Origin: Anaerolineales bacterium
GTDB taxonomy: Bacteria > Chloroflexota > Anaerolineae > Anaerolineales > E44-bin32
Assembly: GCA_034430615.1 (NCBI GenBank)
Contig: DAOUEJ010000204.1
Span: forward strand, 2,903 to 66,902
DNA length: 64,000 nt
Reading direction: 5' to 3'
Of this stretch, positions 48,350 through 56,699 are shown one piece after another (within the stretch, counting starts at the first letter, position 1; the number at the start of each line of letters is the position of its first letter). Below the pieces are notes generated by a model, which was not told the DNA's origin, ran no database searches, and saw only the letters and a program-made list of their open reading frames with translations. Made by a program: the position numbers and the translations under genes.

Positions 48350-48910
48350 ATGCAGAAGGAGTTAAACGAATTGGGAAGTTCCGAGTTGGCCACTTTGGGT
48401 GGCGGGTGCTTCTGGTGTCTTGATCCGGTCTTTTCTGACCTCATCGGGGTCAAGAGCGTTGTCGTCGGGTACGCTGGAGGAGATAAACCAGATCCCACTT
48501 ACAAACAGGTCTGCGATGGCACGACCGGGCACGCTGAAGTTGTGCAGATTACATTTGATCCGGCACAGATTTCCTACCACAGCCTGCTCGAGATCTTCTT
48601 CAGCGTCCATGATCCGACAACGCTCAACCGCCAGGGGGCAGATGTTGGAACCCAGTACCGTTCAATCATCCTCACACACGATGAGGTCCAGTCAGCCGCA
48701 GCCCGCGCACTGATCGAGGAGATCGAACGCGAAAGGATCTTTTCCTCACATGTTGTCACGCAGATCGAACCACTGCAAACCTTCTATCCCGCCGAGGACT
48801 ACCACCAGCGCTACTTCGAGAACAACCCAGGCGCCGGCTACTGCCGGGTCGTGATTGCCCCCAAGCTGAGCAAATTTCGCAAGACTTTCGCAGCAAATCT
48901 AAAGGCGTAA
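48350..48910 (+). CDS. msrA: Peptide-methionine (S)-S-oxide reductase
   Basis: GGGCFWC active-site motif, YHQRYF, 186 aa, aggagg RBS. Confidence 0.92.
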   Translation: MQKELNELGSSELATLGGGCFWCLDPVFSDLIGVKSVVVGYAGGDKPDPTYKQVCDGTTGHAEVVQITFDPAQISYHSLLEIFFSVHDPTTLNRQGADVGTQYRSIILTHDEVQSAAARALIEEIERERIFSSHVVTQIEPLQTFYPAEDYHQRYFENNPGAGYCRVVIAPKLSKFRKTFAANLKA

Positions 48911-48986
48911 ACGAGAGTCGGCTACACCAGCCAGACCGGCGGTCTGGACGAAGATCGTCTGTGAAACCCCGACCCCTGGAAAATAA

Positions 48987-49238
48987 CCTACCTGCATCGA
49001 TTGCTGGAAATACGATCTCCTGCGCGCAGCGATCCTGAACGAGCTTCCTCTCGAGGGAGAAGGGGTACCATTCCGGGAGCTGGCAGAACGGATTCGAAAG
49101 AAGATCCCAGCCGGCGAGCTTGAAAGGCTGAGGTCGCTAGGCTTGTATACGACAACTGTCAAGCTCGATCTGGAAATCAAGGGCGAGATCGAACGCGTGC
49201 CCGGCATGCGCTTGCAATACCTGCGCCGGACAAGCTGA
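48987..49238 (+). pseudogene. Start-less about 80-codon ORF, winged-helix-like small protein (DUF6958-like by eye), possibly frameshifted
   Basis: Not in the ORF track (no ATG/GTG/TTG). Translates to ...KYDLLRAAILNELPLEGEGVPFRELAERIRKKIPAGELERLRSLGLYTTTVKLDLEIKGEIERVPGMRLQYLRRTS*. A GTG-initiated 25-codon ORF (48961) in the adjacent frame could supply the N-terminus. Confidence 0.3.
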
Positions 49239-49306
49239 GGCTATTACTCGGCCACATACTCTTTCCATTTCTGGGACTTGGTCTGTGTACTTGCTTATGA
49301 GACAAT

Positions 49307-49723
49307 GTGAGCAGGATCTGCCTTCGGGAGCTCAAGATGGCCTTACCCGGGTCCCGCTCTGTCCAAGCTTCAATCCGGCGGTTCGCTCGCGGCGCAAGCC
49401 TATTATGCTTCGGGTTTCTGTTGCTGATCGTCGCTGGAGAACTTTTCTTCCCCCAAGCACAACTCCCCAGCAATGCACGTGATATCGTCGGCCTGATCCT
49501 CTTTCCTGGTATCTATGCGCTCGGGCTGTTGTTGGCCTGGCGGTATGAACTGCTCGGAGGGTCGATATCACTCCTTAGTATGTTGGCCTTCTATGGCTGG
49601 TTGGGGTGGCAGGATGGCAGCCTGCCGCGTGGTTGGATCCTGCCGCTCCTTGCCTTACCAGCCATCTTCTTCGTGCTTTATGGGATATGCAAGCGGACAC
49701 CATCCGAGGATCCATTCATATGA
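49307..49723 (+). CDS. Hypothetical 4-TM membrane protein
   Basis: Four hydrophobic helices. The start is possibly an internal Met (MALPGS). Confidence 0.45.
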   Translation: MSRICLRELKMALPGSRSVQASIRRFARGASLLCFGFLLLIVAGELFFPQAQLPSNARDIVGLILFPGIYALGLLLAWRYELLGGSISLLSMLAFYGWLGWQDGSLPRGWILPLLALPAIFFVLYGICKRTPSEDPFI

Positions 49724-49754
49724 GGCACACACTTCAGAATGAGAGGCACGAACC

Positions 49755-50075
49755 ATGAGCCTGGTCCGTCTTTCGGAACTCCAACAGAAGGAAATCGTCC
49801 CGGGATACCGAGCACGCTTTGTCCACGGCTTGAACATGACGCTGGCCTACTGGGAGATCGATGCAGGCGCTGCACTTCCTGAGCACAGCCATCCTCACGA
49901 GCAAGCATCCAACGTGCTTTCTGGTGAATTCAAACTCACGGTGGCAGGAGAAAGTTACCTCCTCAAACCCGGGTTGGTTTTCATGATCCCACCCGATACA
50001 CCTCACGCTGGAAGGGCGATAACAGCCTGCCGGATTATGGATGTGTTTCAACCCGTACGGGAGGATTATCGCTGA
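49755..50075 (+). CDS. Cupin-domain protein
   Basis: 106 aa. Cupin motifs GAALPEHSHPHEQ and MIPPDTPHAG. Confidence 0.8.
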   Translation: MSLVRLSELQQKEIVPGYRARFVHGLNMTLAYWEIDAGAALPEHSHPHEQASNVLSGEFKLTVAGESYLLKPGLVFMIPPDTPHAGRAITACRIMDVFQPVREDYR

Positions 50076-50149
50076 GGTCTGTTGGCCAGGAATTTGCGTT
50101 CGTGCCAGCTTGCATGGAGAATGCAAGTTCTTGAGAAGGAGGGGTTGCG

Positions 50150-50467
50150 ATGGGCAAGGGAATCGTTCTGCTGCTCGTGATTATGTTCGGCGCCATGTGG
50201 GTGATCTTGCGGCCAGGTATCCTCATCGTCGAACCCACTTCTAGCATACCCCAGGGAACTACCCTGATCTACCTCAATAAGCCGGCAAACGTTCCCGTGA
50301 TCCGATCCACCGGATCGATGTGTATAGCTTCATTCGGCTCGGCGAGTGCCAGCTGCCGTGAACAGGTGCTGCAGGATCAAGCCGGGCTCTTCCAGCGTTC
50401 GCTGGTCGAGCTCCCTTACCTGGCCTGGTTGGAGGAACTGTTTACCAGTAAACCTCCCACACCCTAG
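50150..50467 (+). CDS. Hypothetical membrane-anchored small protein
   Basis: N-terminal TM (IVLLLVIMFGAMWVIL). No recognisable family. Confidence 0.3.
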   Translation: MGKGIVLLLVIMFGAMWVILRPGILIVEPTSSIPQGTTLIYLNKPANVPVIRSTGSMCIASFGSASASCREQVLQDQAGLFQRSLVELPYLAWLEELFTSKPPTP

Positions 50468-50660
50468 CGGATCCCGCCCCAGAGTTAGTCTACGCTCAAG
50501 CATCTCCTCACGGGCAGTGCACGCTATCCAGGGTTGGGCGGCATTATGAAACCAAGAGCATCGCAGACCATCCACCCAATCGACCAATACCCGTCACGAT
50601 GCCGAGGACGGGTGTCTAACGTGCAATCGAGCGGATTGCCGCCAGCGATCGAATGCAAGG

Positions 50661-51815
50661 ATGCACTTCGTTTCAGCGGAAACCATGGGGGCTGAAGTCC
50701 CTCTAAAAGCAGTTGCGAGGGCAAGGGCCGTCGATGCGCTGCGCGGTTTGATCATCGTCTTCATGGCGCTTGATCACGCCAATTATTTCATCGCCCATCA
50801 GCACAGCAGCGGAGAGTACTGGGGGGGCCCATTCCCAGTCTACAAAGACCCGCTCACCTTCCTGACACGCTTCGTGACCCACTTCAGCGCACCCGGGTTC
50901 TTCCTCTTGATGGGCATAGGTATGGCGCTGTTCAACTATAAACGCCGTACTCAAGGTTGGTCGCCATGGGCTATCTGGGGCCATTTCCTGATCCGCGGGC
51001 TCATCCTTGCCGGTCTCCAGTTGTTGATCGTGAACCGGGCCTGGGAATGGGGACCTGTGCCCTTTCCGAGCGTGTATATCGGCGTGCTCATCGCGCTTGG
51101 TGGGACGATGATCCTAGGTGGATTGCTGGTGGATCTACCAAATCTAGCGTTGGCGTTGATCAGCTTGACTCTGTTCGTCGGGAGTGAGGTTTTCCAACCG
51201 GCGCCGGAGATGTGGGGGTTGATAACCAACGATCTCCCGAACCTGCTCCTGGCCCGGCCGGGTGGGACCGGGGAACTCTGGTCGAATTACCCCATCCTAC
51301 CCTGGCTCGAGCTGGTCGTTTTTGGTCTCCTGCTGGGTTCCTGGCTGTGGAAGGATTCAAAGCAGGCTTTCCACCGCATCAGGATCCTGGGCGGGATCTT
51401 CTTGGTGGCATTCCTGATCCTGCGTCTGCTGGATGGGTTTGGCAATATCCGCCCGCGGGCGGGCAACACATGGATCGACTTCTTCAACCTGGTGAAATAC
51501 CCACCCAGCATGACTTTCACGCTCCTGACAACGGGTGTCAACCTGTTCCTGCTCTCTGGGCTGGATTGGCTCGAGCAACGCAAGGCGAGCTGGCTGGGGG
51601 TGTTGGAGGTCTTCGGCCGGGCGCCGCTCTTCGTATATGTCCTGCATCTATTCCTATATATGCTCCTGGGACGCATCTTCACGCCCAGCGGCTCGTCGCT
51701 GCTGGTTATGTATGCATTATGGCTCATTGGGCTGGTGATTCTGTATCCCCTCGCAGCCTGGTATGGTCAATGGAAGGTGCGCCAACCTGCCTCCTCGCCG
51801 GCACACTACTTCTAG
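50661..51815 (+). CDS. DUF1624 / heparan-alpha-glucosaminide N-acetyltransferase-like polytopic membrane protein
   Basis: RAVDALRGLIIVFMALDHANYF N-terminal signature and about 10 TMs. Confidence 0.65.
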   Translation: MHFVSAETMGAEVPLKAVARARAVDALRGLIIVFMALDHANYFIAHQHSSGEYWGGPFPVYKDPLTFLTRFVTHFSAPGFFLLMGIGMALFNYKRRTQGWSPWAIWGHFLIRGLILAGLQLLIVNRAWEWGPVPFPSVYIGVLIALGGTMILGGLLVDLPNLALALISLTLFVGSEVFQPAPEMWGLITNDLPNLLLARPGGTGELWSNYPILPWLELVVFGLLLGSWLWKDSKQAFHRIRILGGIFLVAFLILRLLDGFGNIRPRAGNTWIDFFNLVKYPPSMTFTLLTTGVNLFLLSGLDWLEQRKASWLGVLEVFGRAPLFVYVLHLFLYMLLGRIFTPSGSSLLVMYALWLIGLVILYPLAAWYGQWKVRQPASSPAHYF

Positions 51816-51840
51816 CAACTGGCTCCACCACCCACTCGTC

Positions 51841-51978
51841 AATGTCATTCCGAGCCCGTCAGGGCGAAAAATACCCATGATGCTGCACCAGGATAGATTA
51901 GCCGAACCCCTCCACTCCACCCTATATGTGTGTCGTTGCGGCTATCCCTCGTCGCACGGTTCCTAGAGATGTCATTAA
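51841..51978. repeat. MITE-like element, clustered copy C1 (138 nt)
   Basis: aatgtcattccgagcccgtcagggcgaaaaatacccatgatg ... ggctatccctcgtcgcacggttcctagagatgtcattaa. Confidence 0.8.
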
Positions 51979-52014
51979 AGGGGGCGATCCTCCACCCGAG
52001 TTCTGACACCCACC

Positions 52015-52152
52015 TTAATGTCATTCCCAGGCCGTCAAGCCGAGGAATACCCATGATATTGGCCGGATGGGCTCTAAAACCCTCCTACACTTTGCCTCTT
52101 TTTGTAATGTCGTGGGTATCCATCGTCGCACAGCTCCTCGGGATGACATTAA
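52015..52152. repeat. MITE-like element, clustered copy C2 (138 nt)
   Basis: ttaatgtcattcccaggccgtcaagccgaggaatacccatgat ... gggtatccatcgtcgcacagctcctcgggatgacattaa. Terminal 17 nt are inverted repeats (15/17). Confidence 0.85.
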
Positions 52153-52192
52153 AAGGTAAGGGCAATTCTACGAGAGGTTTTATGCCCATCTG

Positions 52193-52330
52193 TTAATGTC
52201 ATTCCGAAGCCGCAAGGGCGAGGAATACCCATGATGCTTCGCCGGAGCAGACCAGCCGTGTCCCTCTACTTCGTCTCTACTTATGTCGTTTCGTGTTTCC
52301 CTCGTCGCAGGGCTCCCCCAGGATGACTAT
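52193..52330. repeat. MITE-like element, clustered copy C3 (138 nt)
   Basis: ttaatgtcattccgaagccgcaagggcgaggaatacccatgatg ... gtgtttccctcgtcgcagggctcccccaggatgactat. Confidence 0.8.
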
Positions 52331-52335
52331 AGAAA

Positions 52336-52360
52336 CGGGGCTGCGTAGAATGCAGCCCCG
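52336..52360 (-). terminator. Probable intrinsic terminator of the ABC-2 operon
   Basis: 9-bp stem cggggctgc / gcagccccg with a 7-nt loop, 23 nt after the stop at 52383. Followed on the minus strand by TTTCT. Confidence 0.55.
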
Positions 52361-52382
52361 CATGACGTACCCGCTTCTTGCT

Positions 52383-53480
52383 TCAACGATCCATCTGCCG
52401 TATGCGCCAGATGCTCAACCCGAGAAAAACGACTGCCGGGACAAGCATGCGCAGCAGATCGATGACCAGCCGTCCCCAGTCGATGCTGGCGGTCATGCTC
52501 ATGCGGACCATCTCGGAAAGTGAAACGGTGGGTAGCAAACCAAAAACCGTAGCCAACCACGCCGGAAGGTTGCTTGCGAACTGCCCGACAAAAACTGGCA
52601 GCAGCAGAACCACCAGCAGGATTCCAAGCCACAAGTTCATCGACGCCGGCTCATCCGAGAACGTCCCGATCACTAACCCCAGCACAACCGCAAAAGCTGA
52701 TCCAGCCAGGACTGCGATCACGATCACAGACCAGTGCACGATCAACGCGGCAGCCATCAAGGAGAAGACAGCTGCCGCTGCCAGGCAATAGGTCAGGCCG
52801 GCCAGCGACTTGCCGACCGCGATGTGCGTCATTCTGGCCGGTGAGACCAGCAGTGTTGAAAACGTCCCGGTTTGTTTCTCCTCCTGGATCAAGCCCGGGG
52901 TCATGACGATGCCGATGATGAAGAGCGCGTTCACCAAGCCTGTTGCGACCATCACCATCTGTCCCGTCGACTCGAGGGTTGGGTAGACAGCGTTTCCAGC
53001 ATAGCTGATGATTACGGTCACACCCCACGACTTGCTCAGCTGACGCTCCACGGATTCAAACGTATCACGGACGACTTCCGCATCGATCCAGTAGGGATAG
53101 TAGCCCGGGAGCTCAAGAGTTCCATCCACGTCACCGGACGAAGGCAGTTCATCTGGCAGCAGCACGCCCAGGGCTGGAGAGAAGGATTGGCCGAGCTCGA
53201 TTTCCAACGCGGTCTTGTTCTCAAGCGCGAAGGTTGGGAGCTCCGATGCCCGGCGCAGCTCACGAACGAGTTCGCGCCCGGACGACCCGGCGAAAGCAAT
53301 GCGTGGCTGGTCGGCCTGTCCGACCAGCATGCGCATTGCGAAGGCTCCCACCATCAGGGTTGCTACACCGATCATGATTCCGATCATCACCCGGTTCTTG
53401 AGCGAGTCGAGGATGTCCTTCCAGGCAATCGCCAGGATGATGCGCAGCCCGCTGCCGGAAGTCCTTTGTGTTTCTGCCAT
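52383..53480 (-). CDS. ABC-2 type transporter permease
   Basis: 365 aa. N-terminal TM, extracytoplasmic domain, 5 C-terminal TMs. Starts 12 nt after the upstream permease. Confidence 0.8.
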   Translation of the reverse strand: MAETQRTSGSGLRIILAIAWKDILDSLKNRVMIGIMIGVATLMVGAFAMRMLVGQADQPRIAFAGSSGRELVRELRRASELPTFALENKTALEIELGQSFSPALGVLLPDELPSSGDVDGTLELPGYYPYWIDAEVVRDTFESVERQLSKSWGVTVIISYAGNAVYPTLESTGQMVMVATGLVNALFIIGIVMTPGLIQEEKQTGTFSTLLVSPARMTHIAVGKSLAGLTYCLAAAAVFSLMAAALIVHWSVIVIAVLAGSAFAVVLGLVIGTFSDEPASMNLWLGILLVVLLLPVFVGQFASNLPAWLATVFGLLPTVSLSEMVRMSMTASIDWGRLVIDLLRMLVPAVVFLGLSIWRIRQMDR

Positions 53481-53492
53481 GATCGACCTCCC

Positions 53493-54602
53493 TCAGCGAT
53501 CCCGGCGCCGGATCAGACTGGCCGTAAAGCCCAGCACCAACGCCGTGCCGACAAGGATGATGGCCAGGTTGCCCAGGATAACGGCGGCCGGGATCTGGGC
53601 TGCGGCGCTGGCCCGGATGAGCATGCTCATGGCGACCGTCGGAACCCATGTCATCAGGCCGACCAGCCACCCTGGAAGCAGATCGTCGAGCACAACCAGA
53701 AACGGCGGCAGCATCAGCGGCAGGACAGCAGCCCAGGCCCAGCCCATGAGCTGCTGACGGGTGTGGAACACAGTGCCAAGGAGCAGGCCTACGCTGATCG
53801 TAAAGATGCATCCAGCAAGGATTGCCAGCCCGGCTACTCCCCAGTGCTGAATCACGGGTCCGTAAATCAACAGCGAGGGGATGCCGATAAGCAGGCTATA
53901 GAACAGCCCGGTCAGCGCCTTAGCAACGACGACCATCCAGCTCGAGGCAGGAGAGACCATCAGCGCGTCGAGCGTGCGGGCGGATTTTTCCTCCATCATC
54001 AGGTTCGGAATGAAGGAAATGCCCAGCATGCACAGCGCAAAGATCGTCCCCAGCGAGGCTGTAAAGGCCGTACCATCGTTGTCCACCGCCGGGGAGATGC
54101 GGTTATCGCCAACTTCGATACGAACCGCCAAACCGGTTTCATTATAGATTGCAGTCTCTGCCTGCTGGACCAGTTCCTGTGCCTCGTCCCGCGAGACCCA
54201 CCGCACGATATATCCCTGCAGTTCAGGTGTCTCTCCGGCTGCAACCCGGGCGTCGAAATCAGCCGGAATCACCAGGCCGAGTTCGGGCTCGCTCCCGTCG
54301 CCAATCCGACGCTGAAGCGCCGGTAGGGATAAACTGCTCCGTACTTCGATCTCGCTGCTGTACTGCAGGTCAGCCAGTGATTCAGCCGGACCGGCCTCAT
54401 ACAGAAAAACACGCGCCGGATCGGTGCCGCTGATCAGCGGCATGAAACGGTACAGGGCGATCATCATGACCACCGTCACGATAGCAGTCAATGTGTTCTT
54501 GTTGCGGATGCCCTCAAGAAGGTCCTTGGCGGTAATCGCCATGATAACCCGGAGCTTGTCCCGCAACGGCATACCTCGGTGTGCGTTCATCGTTGTTTCC
54601 AT
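53493..54602 (-). CDS. ABC-2 type transporter permease
   Basis: Start moved to METTMNAHRG (ATG 54602, GGAGG 8 nt upstream). Same topology as its paralogue. Confidence 0.8.
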   Translation of the reverse strand: METTMNAHRGMPLRDKLRVIMAITAKDLLEGIRNKNTLTAIVTVVMMIALYRFMPLISGTDPARVFLYEAGPAESLADLQYSSEIEVRSSLSLPALQRRIGDGSEPELGLVIPADFDARVAAGETPELQGYIVRWVSRDEAQELVQQAETAIYNETGLAVRIEVGDNRISPAVDNDGTAFTASLGTIFALCMLGISFIPNLMMEEKSARTLDALMVSPASSWMVVVAKALTGLFYSLLIGIPSLLIYGPVIQHWGVAGLAILAGCIFTISVGLLLGTVFHTRQQLMGWAWAAVLPLMLPPFLVVLDDLLPGWLVGLMTWVPTVAMSMLIRASAAAQIPAAVILGNLAIILVGTALVLGFTASLIRRRDR

Positions 54603-54633
54603 GGTACGTACCTCCATTCTATTGGTCAACCGG

Positions 54634-55386
54634 TCAGCCTTGTTCTTCGGTAACCGGTGTCGGCTGGTAAAGTTCGTATCCGGTCTTCTTGAGGAAGACA
54701 TCCTCCAGTGTCGCCTCGCCGCCCAGTTCAGCCTTCAACTCAGATGGCGATGCTAGGGCGACGATCACACCCTTGTTAATAATCACTACCCGGCTGCACA
54801 GCCGATCGGCTTCTTCCATGTAGTGCGTGGTCAGGAAAATGGTGACATCCTCATCCGCAAGTTTGGCGACCAGCGAGCGGATATCGCGTGCCACACCTGG
54901 ATCGAGACCACGTGTGGGTTCATCGAGGAAGAGCACACTCGGTTGGTGCAGCAGCGCTCGAGCGATCATCAAGCGCTGACGCATGCCGTTCGAATATTTG
55001 CTCGTTCGCTCGCGGGCGCGGTCGGTAAGGCCGACCCGCTCCAACACCTGGCCGACACGCTCCTGCGGTATGCCGTATAGGCGGGCGTAGAATTTCAAGT
55101 TGTCAAGCGCGCTGAAGCGCGTGTAAAGGTTCTGCTGCTCGAATACCACCCCGATCTGCGGCTTGAGCCGCTCTCGGTCCTCGACGATGTCACAGCCCAT
55201 CACCCGTGCAGTCCCCGAGGTTGGGCGGAGTTGGCCGGTAAGCATGCGCAGCGTCGTGGTCTTGCCGGCTCCGTTCGGCCCGAGAAAGCCGAAGATTTCA
55301 CCCGCTTCCACATGGAATGAAATTTGATCGACGGCGGTCAGTCCGTTATAGGTGCGGGTCAGGTCGAAAGCTTCGATACTCTTCAT
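54634..55386 (-). CDS. ABC transporter ATP-binding protein (canonical)
   Basis: Trimmed to MKSIEAFDLTRTY (ATG 55386, aaggag RBS). Walker A GPNGAGKTT, signature YSNGMRQR, Walker B LFLDEPTRGLD, H-loop TTHYM. Confidence 0.9.
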   Translation of the reverse strand: MKSIEAFDLTRTYNGLTAVDQISFHVEAGEIFGFLGPNGAGKTTTLRMLTGQLRPTSGTARVMGCDIVEDRERLKPQIGVVFEQQNLYTRFSALDNLKFYARLYGIPQERVGQVLERVGLTDRARERTSKYSNGMRQRLMIARALLHQPSVLFLDEPTRGLDPGVARDIRSLVAKLADEDVTIFLTTHYMEEADRLCSRVVIINKGVIVALASPSELKAELGGEATLEDVFLKKTGYELYQPTPVTEEQG

Positions 55387-55497
55387 CGCAAACTCCTTTA
55401 TCAAGCGGCCAGGTCTCATCGATTGTGTTGCGTGTGCTCGGCCGACACTCGCTCCGAAAACCATCTACAGGCTACGTAATCAAGAAAGCGGCTGCAA

Positions 55498-55524
55498 CAA
55501 AAAACCGCCGAACGGCGGTTTTTC
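55498..55524 (-). terminator. Intrinsic terminator after the NBD-LytTR gene
   Basis: Minus strand reads ccgccg-ttcg-gcgg-type GC stem (55505-55518) followed by TTTTTT (55504-55499), 50 nt after the stop at 55574. Confidence 0.75.
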
Positions 55525-55573
55525 GGGGTTGAATGGCGCAGAGAATGCCTATTTTCGAGAATTGATTTAAGGA

Positions 55574-56569
55574 TCAGTAATCGAGAAGCTCGCGCAGCTC
55601 GGCTGCCGCGGTCTTGCTGAGTGGGATTAACGTCCCTGCGTCATCGTCCAACCGCAGGCTGAAGCTATCGCGTGTGAAGGGGATCACTTCGGTCACGTGC
55701 TGCAGGTTGACCAGGTAGCTGCGATGGGCGCGAAAGAACCCCCGCCGCAACAACCTTCCTTCCAATTCGCTGAGTGTGTATTGCGTGTTGAGCAAATCGC
55801 CATCCGTGGTCTGCAACGCTGCCTTCCCATCTTCAGCCGTTGCGAAGAGCACCTCGGCCGGGTTCACCAAGGTGATGCTCCCCCCGCCTCGAACAGGTAT
55901 CTTGAACGGCATGTCATGCTCGTCGCCCGCAGCGGCCTGATCTACCTTGACCAGGTGGCCCTCGCTCATGCGGTATAGGGCATGGCATAGCTGTGGGAGG
56001 TGGGCATCGTCATCGGCCAGGATAAGTATCGCCTTCCTGGCCTCGGCCAGCTCCCGTATCAGATGCCCGATCAACGTAATAGAGGCCTGGTCACAACGTG
56101 CAAAGGGGTCCCTTAAGATCAGGATCGGGGGATCGTGCAGGATGGCTCGACCTAGGGCCAGGCGGCGGGCGAGTCCCGTCGGCAGGTCGCTTGCCCGGAC
56201 ATCGCCCTGGTCGTCCAATCCAACTTCATGCAAGACCTGCCCCACCCGTTTACGGTCCAAGCCATATAAGCGAGCGTGGAAAGCCAGGTTGGAAGCTGCG
56301 GTCTTGGATTGATATAGGCCATCTTCGCTGAAGAGCACCCCGATCGTCCGGCTGATAGAGTCACGATCCCCGGCGGGATCCGAGGCGTGGAGACGGATGC
56401 TTCCGGCTGTTGGTCTTGACTGCCCCAAAAGCAGGCGGAAAAGCTCATCCACGCCGCTCCCGCTAGGACCAAAAACGCCGGCGATCTCCCCGGACCTGAC
56501 TCTCAGGGATTCAAGTTCGAGTACTGTAATCCCCTGCACAACCTTGTGCAGCTGTTTGATCTCGATCAT
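55574..56569 (-). CDS. Degenerate ABC nucleotide-binding domain fused to a LytTR DNA-binding domain (putative transcription factor)
   Basis: Trimmed to MIEIKQLHKV (ATG 56569). NBD-like fold but Walker A GPSGSGVD, signature LPTGL, Walker B ILILRD. C-terminal FFRAHRSYLVNLQHVTEVIPF...IPLSKTAAAELRELL is a classical LytTR domain. Confidence 0.8.
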   Translation of the reverse strand: MIEIKQLHKVVQGITVLELESLRVRSGEIAGVFGPSGSGVDELFRLLLGQSRPTAGSIRLHASDPAGDRDSISRTIGVLFSEDGLYQSKTAASNLAFHARLYGLDRKRVGQVLHEVGLDDQGDVRASDLPTGLARRLALGRAILHDPPILILRDPFARCDQASITLIGHLIRELAEARKAILILADDDAHLPQLCHALYRMSEGHLVKVDQAAAGDEHDMPFKIPVRGGGSITLVNPAEVLFATAEDGKAALQTTDGDLLNTQYTLSELEGRLLRRGFFRAHRSYLVNLQHVTEVIPFTRDSFSLRLDDDAGTLIPLSKTAAAELRELLDY

Positions 56570-56609
56570 GGATTCAAATACCCGTGATTGCCCATACCAG
56601 CCCATATTA

Positions 56610-56637
56610 GCATAATCCCGTCTGTCAGCGATTATGC
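56610..56637. promoter_or_regulatory. Inverted repeat GCATAATC-N12-GATTATGC in the divergent promoter region
   Basis: Perfect 8-bp arms, located between the NBD-LytTR gene (start 56569) and the M50-like gene (start 56700). Adjacent direct repeat gcccata x2. Confidence 0.35.
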
Positions 56638-56699
56638 AGCTTGCGGAAATGTAAAGGCTTGAAGATACTCGGTACAGTTCGCTGCTCAGGTGGCTCGAT

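Noticed and set aside
51841-52330. Could the three regularly spaced repeats be a CRISPR array?
   Set aside because: The units are 138 nt with long terminal inverted repeats and variable cores. Spacers are only 36-40 nt between much longer repeats. There are only three units and no cas genes in the window. Identical-family copies occur singly elsewhere, which fits a MITE/REP-type element.
52872-54326. Long ORF (484 aa, + strand) opposite the ABC-2 permease genes. Similar long antisense ORFs occur at 10818..11873 (-), 59171..60286 (-), 29751..30443 (-) and 457..915 (-).
   Set aside because: Each lies antisense to a gene with clear family motifs. Their translations are Arg/Gly/His/Asp-rich with no recognisable motifs. 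This is typical shadow ORF behaviour in high-GC DNA.
55387-55497. Candidate LytTR binding sites: ATCAAG...CGGC occurs twice (55400-55410 and 55479-55493) flanking the ABC operon promoter region.
   Set aside because: The two copies differ by a 4-nt insertion and are about 80 nt apart, unlike the closely spaced direct repeats known for LytTR regulators. Too weak to report without comparative data.
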